Shown here: one piece after another, positions 57,719 through 64,000 of the stretch
Layout: each line of letters starts with the position of its first letter
How positions within the stretch are numbered: position 1 is the stretch's first letter
Source of the DNA: an uncultured Candidatus Rokubacteria bacterium
Lineage (GTDB): Bacteria > Methylomirabilota > Methylomirabilia > Rokubacteriales > DASRDR01
Assembly (NCBI GenBank): GCA_963826115.1
Contig: CAWGVS010000006.1
Location: forward strand, 288,001 to 352,000
Reading direction: 5' to 3'
DNA length: 64,000 bases
Program-made: the position numbers and the translations under genes
The notes under the pieces: model-generated
The model's database searches: none
The model's input: the letters and a program-made list of their open reading frames with translations, nothing else
What the model was told of the DNA's origin: nothing

Positions 57719-57931
57719 ATGGTCTGGCGCCTGACCCTCGGGATCGTCTGCCTGCTCTTCGCCGTCGAGGAGTTCGTGCGCGCGGGCTGGGCCGCCGCCG
57801 CGGTGGTCCGGCATCCCGGTGAGCTCGTGGACGCGATGCTCGCGGGCGACGGCAGCGCGGGGCCGTGGCTCCTGGCCGCGTACGGCCTCCTCATGATCGT
57901 GCGCGCCTTCTCGGTCGGGCGCGCCGACTGA
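57719..57931 (+). CDS. Small membrane protein (2 TM)
   Basis: 70 aa, two hydrophobic stretches, starts 1 nt after the icmB stop. Confidence 0.5.
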   Translation: MVWRLTLGIVCLLFAVEEFVRAGWAAAAVVRHPGELVDAMLAGDGSAGPWLLAAYGLLMIVRAFSVGRAD

Positions 57932-57965
57932 GTCCCCGGCCCGGTCGCGGGCGGCGTCCCGAGCG

Positions 57966-59111
57966 ATGGACTTCGAGCTGACGGCCGAGCAGGCGCTGGC
58001 GCGGGGCACCGCCCGGGAGTTCGCGGAGGCCGAGGTCGCGCCGGTCATCGCCCGCTACGACGAGGCCGAGGAGTTCCCGGCGCCGGTCATCGCGAAGCTG
58101 GGCGCGCTGGGGTTCCTGGGCGCCCTGATCCCGCCGGAATACGGTGGCGCCGGGCTCGACTACGTCGCGTACGCGCTGGTCGTCGAGGAGCTGTCCCGCG
58201 TGGACGGCTCGGTCGGCATCACGATGTGGGCCCACAACTCCCTCTGTACGAATCACATCTACAGCTTCGGCACCGAGGCCCAGCGCGCGCGGTACGTGCC
58301 GCCGCTCGCGCGCGGCGAGGTGCTCGGCGCCTGGGCCCTGACCGAGCCGGGCTCGGGCTCGGACGCCGCGGCGATGCGGACCCGCGCCGTCGAGACCGAC
58401 GACGCGTTCGTGCTCGACGGCACGAAGGCGTTCATCACGAACGGCAGCGTGGCGGGGACGGCGGTCGTCATGGCCCGGACCGACCCGGCGGCAGGTGGCC
58501 GCGGCGTGTCGGCCTTCATCGTCGAGCAGGGCACGCCGGGGTTCCGGCCCGGCCAGCGCTACAAGAAGCTCGGTCTCCACGCCTCGGACACCGCGGAGCT
58601 CGTCCTCGAGGGCGCGCGCGTGCCGAAGGCGAATCTCCTCGGGGAGCGCAACCGGGGCTTCCAGGACACGAAGAAGGTGCTGGAGGGCGGCCGGATCGCC
58701 ATGGCGGCGATGGGGGTGGGACTGGCCCAGGGCGCTCTCGATCACGCCGTGCGCTACGCGAAGGAGCGCCAGGCCTTCGGCCAGCCGATCGGCCAGTTCC
58801 AGGGCATCCGGGCGATCCTCGCGGATCTGGCGACCGAGGTCGAGGCGGCGCGCCTCCTGACGCTCCGGGCCGCCTACGGGAAGGACCAGGGCCGGCCCGT
58901 GATGCGCGAGGCGTCGATGGCCAAGGTCTTCGCCTCGGAGGTCGCGGTCAAGTGCGCGACCAAGGCGGTGCAGGTGCACGGCGGGTACGGATACACGCGC
59001 GAGTTCCCGGTGGAGCGCTTCTACCGCGACGCGAAGCTCTGCGAGATCGGCGAGGGGACGTCGGAGGTGCAGCGGATGGTGATCGCACGATCGCTGCTGG
59101 GGGCGGGGTAA
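57966..59111 (+). CDS. Acyl-CoA dehydrogenase
   Basis: '[12 protein letters not shown]', 'KLGLHASDT', 'RQAFGQPIG', '[11 protein letters not shown]'. Confidence 0.93.
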   Translation: MDFELTAEQALARGTAREFAEAEVAPVIARYDEAEEFPAPVIAKLGALGFLGALIPPEYGGAGLDYVAYALVVEELSRVDGSVGITMWAHNSLCTNHIYSFGTEAQRARYVPPLARGEVLGAWALTEPGSGSDAAAMRTRAVETDDAFVLDGTKAFITNGSVAGTAVVMARTDPAAGGRGVSAFIVEQGTPGFRPGQRYKKLGLHASDTAELVLEGARVPKANLLGERNRGFQDTKKVLEGGRIAMAAMGVGLAQGALDHAVRYAKERQAFGQPIGQFQGIRAILADLATEVEAARLLTLRAAYGKDQGRPVMREASMAKVFASEVAVKCATKAVQVHGGYGYTREFPVERFYRDAKLCEIGEGTSEVQRMVIARSLLGAG

Positions 59112-59130
59112 CTCAGGACCGGGAGGCTCG

Positions 59131-59853
59131 ATGGACCGAACGAAGAGCGTGGTCACGCCCGAGCGCTACGCGTCGGGCATGACCTTCGAGCAGTACCTCC
59201 AGTACGTGGCGAGCCCCGAGAACCTCGGCCGGGAGGGCGGCGCCAACGGCGAGCGGCGCCGGGACTGGAGCGGCTGGATGCGGAGCTGGTACGAGTCCGT
59301 GCGCCTCTCGGAGCCCCAGGCCGAGGCGATCCGCTGGCTCGCGGCGCAGCCGGACGGACCGGCGAAGATCCTGGTCATCGCCGAGGAGTGGTCGTCGGAC
59401 TGCCGGCGGGACATCCCGATGCTGAAGCGGCTCGCCGAGGCCGGCGGCCTCGAGCTGCGGATCTTCCGCCGCGACGGGCAGCGCTTCGGCCGGAGCCAGC
59501 GGCCCACGCTGGCCGAGGCCCCGGACAGCAACGCCGACCTGATGGCCGAGTTCCTCAACGAGAAGCGGGGCGAGCCGTGGCAGTCCATCCCCGTCGTGGT
59601 CTTCTACACCGCGGACCTCCGGTACCTCTACCACTTCATCGAATATCCCCGGATCTACGACAAGGACCGACTCGTCTACGGCCACATCCGCGTGCCCCGG
59701 CCCGGCGAGACGCCGGAGGCGACCGACGCGCGCATCGGGCGGGAGTTCGGGGCGTTGCAGGCCTCGCCGTTCTTCCGCATCTGGGCCTCGGCCGCCATCG
59801 ACGAGATGCTCTCCGCCCTCCACGAGCGGGTGGTCCTCGGCCCGCGCGCCTGA
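59131..59853 (+). CDS. Thioredoxin-like protein (Thioredoxin_9 type) with SxxC motif
   Basis: SD GGAGG; 'ILVIAEEWSSDC..DIP', cis-Pro 'QSIPVVVF'. Confidence 0.75.
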   Translation: MDRTKSVVTPERYASGMTFEQYLQYVASPENLGREGGANGERRRDWSGWMRSWYESVRLSEPQAEAIRWLAAQPDGPAKILVIAEEWSSDCRRDIPMLKRLAEAGGLELRIFRRDGQRFGRSQRPTLAEAPDSNADLMAEFLNEKRGEPWQSIPVVVFYTADLRYLYHFIEYPRIYDKDRLVYGHIRVPRPGETPEATDARIGREFGALQASPFFRIWASAAIDEMLSALHERVVLGPRA

Positions 59854-59930
59854 GCCGCGCGGCGGTCCCGGACGCCCATCGTCGGCCCGCTCCGAGGACG
59901 GCGCCCGCGGCGTGCTAGGGTAGGTCCGCG

Positions 59931-60719
59931 ATGAAGCTCGTCGGCGCGCACGTCCGGTACGAGGCCGTGGACGGCGTCGGGTGGATCACGCTCGCGCGCC
60001 CGCAGGTGCTGAACGCGCTCGACTCCCAGCTCGTCGCGGACCTCGCGGCCGCGGTCGCCGCGGCCGAGGCCGATCCCGACGCGTGGATGATCGTCGTCAC
60101 GGGCGAGGGACGGGCCTTCTCCTCCGGCATGGACCGGAAGGCCCTGTCCGCCGGAGCCGTCGGCGAGTCGTTCTTCCGGGACTGGATCCGCGCGCTGAAC
60201 GGCCTCGAGGACATGGGCAAGCTGGTGGTCGCCGCGATCCGCGGCTACTGCATCGGCGGCGGGCTCCAGCTCGCGCTGGCGTGCGACCTCCGGCTCTGCG
60301 CGGCCGACGCGGTCCTCGGTCTCGGGGCGACCCGCCACGCGCTGATTCCCGACGGGGCCGTCCTCCGCCTGGCCCGGGTCGTCGGGCTCGGCCGCGCCAA
60401 GGAGCTCGCGCTCCTGAACGACCACCTGACGCCCGAGCAAGGCCTCGCGATGGGTCTCGTGAACTGGGTGGTCCCGGCGGAGACGTTCGACGCCGAGCTG
60501 CGCGGCCTGGTCGACCGGTGTCTCGCGGCCGCGCCGACGGCCACGCGCCACACCAAGCGTCTCCTCCTGGCGTCGTTCCACCGCGATCCGCGCGCGCTCG
60601 TCGACGAGGTCGTCGAGGCGCAGATGGAATGCATGCGGTCGTGGGAGATGAGCGAGGCGAACCGGGCGTGGGACGAGCGCCGCGAGGCGCGCTTCTTCCC
60701 GCCGCCCCCCGGGGCCTGA
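59931..60719 (+). CDS. Crotonase-superfamily enzyme lacking the canonical catalytic glutamates
   Basis: 'RPQVLNAL', 'AFSSGMD', 'GGGLQLALACD', 'GLGATRHALIPDG'. Confidence 0.85.
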   Translation: MKLVGAHVRYEAVDGVGWITLARPQVLNALDSQLVADLAAAVAAAEADPDAWMIVVTGEGRAFSSGMDRKALSAGAVGESFFRDWIRALNGLEDMGKLVVAAIRGYCIGGGLQLALACDLRLCAADAVLGLGATRHALIPDGAVLRLARVVGLGRAKELALLNDHLTPEQGLAMGLVNWVVPAETFDAELRGLVDRCLAAAPTATRHTKRLLLASFHRDPRALVDEVVEAQMECMRSWEMSEANRAWDERREARFFPPPPGA

Positions 60720-60723
60720 GGCC

Positions 60724-62364
60724 GTGGCGCACCCCTTCGACGACGGGCTCGAGCGGAACGCCGCGAACCACGCGGCGCTGACGCCGGTCAGCTTCCTCGC
60801 GCGCGCGGCCGCCGTCTATGCCGGGAAACCCGCGGTCCTCCACGGCGACCGCGCGCTCACGTACGCGGAGGTGTACGCGCGGTCCCGGCGCCTCGCCTCC
60901 GCGCTCGAGCGGCGCGGCGTCGGCCCCGGCGACACGGTGGCGGTCATGGCGCCGAACGTGCCCGCCATGCTCGAGGCCCACTACGGCGTGCCGATGGCCG
61001 GCGCGGTCCTGAACGCGCTCAACTACCGCCTGGACGCGCGGACCATCGCCTTCATCCTCCAGCACGGCGGGGCCAAGCTCCTCATCGCGGACACCGAGTT
61101 CTCCGAGACCGTGGGCCCGGCGCTCGCGCTCCTGCCGCGTCCCATCCCGGTCGTGGACGTCGTCGACCCGCTCGCGGACCCGGGGCGCGGGGGCGCGCGG
61201 CTCGGCGCGACGGAGTACGAGGAGCTCCTCGCCGAGGGCGATCCCGACCACGAGTGGGCTGGTCCGGCCGACGAGTGGGGGGCGCTCGCGCTCCTCTACA
61301 CCTCGGGGACCACCGGGAACCCGAAGGGCGTCGTGTACTCTCACCGGGGCGCGTACCTGAACGCCCTCGGCAACGCGCTGGCGTTCGGACTCTCGCCGCG
61401 CGCCGTGTACCTCTGGACCCTGCCGATGTTCCACTGCAACGGCTGGACCTATCCGTGGGCGGTGACGGCGGTCGGCGGCACCCACGTGTGCCTCCGCAAG
61501 GTCGACCCGGCCCTCATCTTCCGCCTGATCCGTCGTCACGGCGTCACCCACCTCTGCGGCGCGCCGGTGGTGCTGACGACCCTCATCCACGCGCCGGAGG
61601 AGGTGAAGCTCCGACCCGACCACGTGGTGGAGGTGGCGACCGGCGGGGCCGCGCCGCCGTCCGCCGTCATCGAGGCGATGGAATCGATGGGGTTCCGGGT
61701 GACGCACCTCTACGGGCTGACCGAGTCCTACGGCCCCGCGACGCTGTGCGCCTGGCAGCCGGAGTGGGGCGCGCTCCCGCTGCCGGAGCGGGCGGCCCGC
61801 ATGGCCCGCCAGGGCGTGGCGTATCCGACGCTCGGGGGGCTCATGGTCGCGGACCCGACGACGCTCGCGCCGGTGCCCCGGGACGGCGCGACCATGGGCG
61901 AGGTGATGCTCCGGGGCAACACGCTGATGAAGGGGTACCTCCGGAATCCCGCGGCCACCGCGGAGGCGTTCCGGGGCGGCTGGTTTCACACGGGAGACCT
62001 GGCGGTCTGGCATCCCGACGGCTACATCGAGATCAAGGACCGGTCGAAGGACATCATCATCTCCGGCGGGGAGAACGTCTCCTCGCTCGAGGTGGAGGAG
62101 GTCCTGTACCGGCACCCGGACGTGATGGAGGCCGCCGTGGTGGCGAAGCCCGACGCGAAGTGGGGCGAGACGCCCTGCGCCTTCGTGACCCTCAAGCCGG
62201 AGGCGCCGCCCGTCTCGGCCGACGACGTGATCGCGTGGTGCCGCGCGCACCTGGCGCACTTCAAGGCTCCGCGCGTCGTCGTGTTCGGGCCGCTCCCCAA
62301 GACCTCGACCGGAAAGATCCAGAAATACGTCCTGCGCGAGCAGGCGAAGGTGGTGGAATCATGA
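60724..62364 (+). CDS. Short/medium-chain acyl-CoA synthetase (AMP-forming)
   Basis: 'YTSGTTGNPKG', 'LPMFHCNGW', 'LYGLTESYG', 'WFHTGDLA', 'DRSKDIIISGGEN', 'LPKTSTGKIQK'. Confidence 0.93.
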   Translation: MAHPFDDGLERNAANHAALTPVSFLARAAAVYAGKPAVLHGDRALTYAEVYARSRRLASALERRGVGPGDTVAVMAPNVPAMLEAHYGVPMAGAVLNALNYRLDARTIAFILQHGGAKLLIADTEFSETVGPALALLPRPIPVVDVVDPLADPGRGGARLGATEYEELLAEGDPDHEWAGPADEWGALALLYTSGTTGNPKGVVYSHRGAYLNALGNALAFGLSPRAVYLWTLPMFHCNGWTYPWAVTAVGGTHVCLRKVDPALIFRLIRRHGVTHLCGAPVVLTTLIHAPEEVKLRPDHVVEVATGGAAPPSAVIEAMESMGFRVTHLYGLTESYGPATLCAWQPEWGALPLPERAARMARQGVAYPTLGGLMVADPTTLAPVPRDGATMGEVMLRGNTLMKGYLRNPAATAEAFRGGWFHTGDLAVWHPDGYIEIKDRSKDIIISGGENVSSLEVEEVLYRHPDVMEAAVVAKPDAKWGETPCAFVTLKPEAPPVSADDVIAWCRAHLAHFKAPRVVVFGPLPKTSTGKIQKYVLREQAKVVES

Positions 62365-62792
62365 ACATCGCGAGCATCCTTGCGCGGAAGGGCGCCCGGG
62401 TCGTCACGTGCGGGCCGGAGCAGTCGATCCGGCAGGCGCTGTCGCTCCTGGCGGAGCACAACATCGGCGCGCTGGTGGTCGTGGACGAGGCCGGCCGTCC
62501 CACCGGCATGCTGTCGGAGCGCGACGTCGTGCGCGAGGCCGCGCGCGACGAGCGACTGTTCGCGCGCCGGGTGGGGGAGATCATGACCCGCGACGTGATC
62601 GTCGGGGTGCCCGAGGACGACCTCCGGGCCGTCCGGCACACCATGACGGAGCGGCGGTTCCGGCACGTGCCCGTGGTCGTGGAGGGACGGCTGGTCGGCA
62701 TCGTGTCGATCGGGGACGTCGTGAAGGCCGAGCTCGACCAGTACCTGGGCGAGGTCGACACGCTCCAGACACAGGTCGGGGCCCGGCCGTGA
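62361..62792 (+). CDS. Tandem CBS-domain protein
   Basis: ATGA overlap; 'NIGALVVV...GMLSERD', 'RHVPVV..GRLVGIVSIGD'. Confidence 0.9.
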   Translation: MNIASILARKGARVVTCGPEQSIRQALSLLAEHNIGALVVVDEAGRPTGMLSERDVVREAARDERLFARRVGEIMTRDVIVGVPEDDLRAVRHTMTERRFRHVPVVVEGRLVGIVSIGDVVKAELDQYLGEVDTLQTQVGARP

Positions 62793-62847
62793 CGGCCCGG
62801 CGGACCGGACTGCGCGGCGCGCGCATGGACGTCAGGGCCTGACCCCG

Positions 62848-64000
62848 ATGGCGCGTCCGGGCCGGGAGGGGGGGCCGCTCCGCGTCGCGGTGATCGGCGC
62901 GGGGCCGGCCGGCTTCTACACCGCGGAGCAGTTGTTCCGCCAGGCAGGCCTCGCGGTCGAGGTGGATCTCTACGACCGCCTCCCGACGCCGTACGGCCTC
63001 GTCCGATTCGGCGTGGCGCCGGACCACCAGAAGATCAAGAACGTCACGGCGACCTTCGACAAGACCGCGGCCCATCCCGGGTTCCGGTTCTTCGGCCACG
63101 TCGAGCTGGGGAAGGACGTGACACTCGAGGACCTCCGGGCGCACTACCACCAGATCGTGTACACCACAGGGGCCCAGACCGATCGCCGGATGGGCATCCC
63201 CGGCGAGGACCTCCGGGGCAGCCACCCGGCGACCGACTTCGTGGCCTGGTACAACGGGCATCCCGACTACCGGGAGCAGCGGTTCGATCTCTCGCAGGAG
63301 CGGGTCGCGGTGGTCGGCGTCGGCAACGTCGCCGTCGACGTCGTGCGCATCCTCTGCCGGACGCCGGAGGAGCTGGCGACAACCGACATCAGCGACGACG
63401 CGCTGGCCGCGCTCCGCGAGAGCCGCGTGCGCGAGGTCTACCTGCTCGGCCGGCGCGGCCCGGCACAGGCGGCCTTCACCAATCCGGAGATCCGAGAGCT
63501 CGGCGAGTTGCCGGGCGCCGACGTGACCGACCGTGCCGAGGAGGTCGAGCTCGACCCTCTGTCGCGGGCGGAGCTCGAGAAGACCGGCGACCGCGGCACG
63601 CTCAAGAAGGTCGAGATCCTGCGCGAGTACGCCCGCCGGGCGTTGTCCGGCAAGCCGCGCACGCTGACCGTCCGCTTCCTGGTCTCCCCGGTGGCGCTAC
63701 ACGGCGACGAGAGCGGGGCGGTCACGGGCATTCGCCTCGTGCACAACGAGCTCCACGCCACGGCGGCCGGCACGCTGCAGGCTCGCCCGACCGATCAGTT
63801 CGAGGATCTGCCCGCGGGCCTCGTGTTCCGGTCGGTCGGCTACCGGGGCGTGCCGATTCCCGGCGTGCCCTTCCACGATTCGTGGGGCGTGATCCTGAAC
63901 GACAAGGGCCGCGTCCTCGAGCCGGAGAGCCGCGAGCCGCGCGCCGGCGAGTACGCGGCCGGCTGGATCAAGCGTGGGCCGAGCGGGGTCATCGGGACCA
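62848..64000 (+). CDS. Ferredoxin-NADP+ reductase (FprA/adrenodoxin-reductase type), 3' truncated by window edge
   Basis: Absent from the ORF track (no stop in window); translates MARPGREGGPLRVAVIGAGPAGFY...PTPYGLVRFGVAPDH...FVAWYNGHP...GVGNVAVD...GRRGPAQAAFT...GWIKRGPSGVIGT. Confidence 0.9.
   Translation, partial: MARPGREGGPLRVAVIGAGPAGFYTAEQLFRQAGLAVEVDLYDRLPTPYGLVRFGVAPDHQKIKNVTATFDKTAAHPGFRFFGHVELGKDVTLEDLRAHYHQIVYTTGAQTDRRMGIPGEDLRGSHPATDFVAWYNGHPDYREQRFDLSQERVAVVGVGNVAVDVVRILCRTPEELATTDISDDALAALRESRVREVYLLGRRGPAQAAFTNPEIRELGELPGADVTDRAEEVELDPLSRAELEKTGDRGTLKKVEILREYARRALSGKPRTLTVRFLVSPVALHGDESGAVTGIRLVHNELHATAAGTLQARPTDQFEDLPAGLVFRSVGYRGVPIPGVPFHDSWGVILNDKGRVLEPESREPRAGEYAAGWIKRGPSGVIGT

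Noticed and set aside
59385-59403. Selenocysteine in the thioredoxin motif
   Set aside because: The codons are TGG TCG TCG GAC TGC, with no in-frame TGA.

Overview
A very GC-rich, densely coding bacterial chromosome segment with about 64 genes, nearly all on the + strand. The gene content (Tat-exported ABC binding proteins, multi-GAF hybrid kinases, many CoA enzymes) resembles Ca. Rokubacteria/Methylomirabilota; that taxonomy is an inference. The first third holds the 3' end of boxB with an XRE-cupin regulator and PaaK-like ligases, a Thermus-like ttuB-ttuA tRNA-thiolation pair plus an MBL hydrolase, and a UvrD helicase fused to an Fe-S PD-(D/E)XK nuclease. The middle holds a DcyD/CuyA-like lyase with an Ldh_2 dehydrogenase and a rhodanese, peptide, sugar and Liv ABC systems, apt and trpD. 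The end holds an etfBA/acyl-CoA dehydrogenase cluster with a split B12 mutase carrying isobutyryl-CoA-mutase signature residues, and a truncated FprA-like reductase. Two paralogous GAF hybrid histidine kinases (2 and 6 GAFs) lie at about 8 kb and 41 kb. I found no rRNA, tRNA, CRISPR array or mobile element. The most notable signals missed by the ORF track are a 27-aa leaderless desulforedoxin-like CxxC...CC microprotein (10195-10278) behind a well-spaced sigma70-like promoter, several other leaderless promoters, and a shared ECF-type promoter upstream of two secreted proteins. All calls come from reading motifs by eye; no database searches were run.
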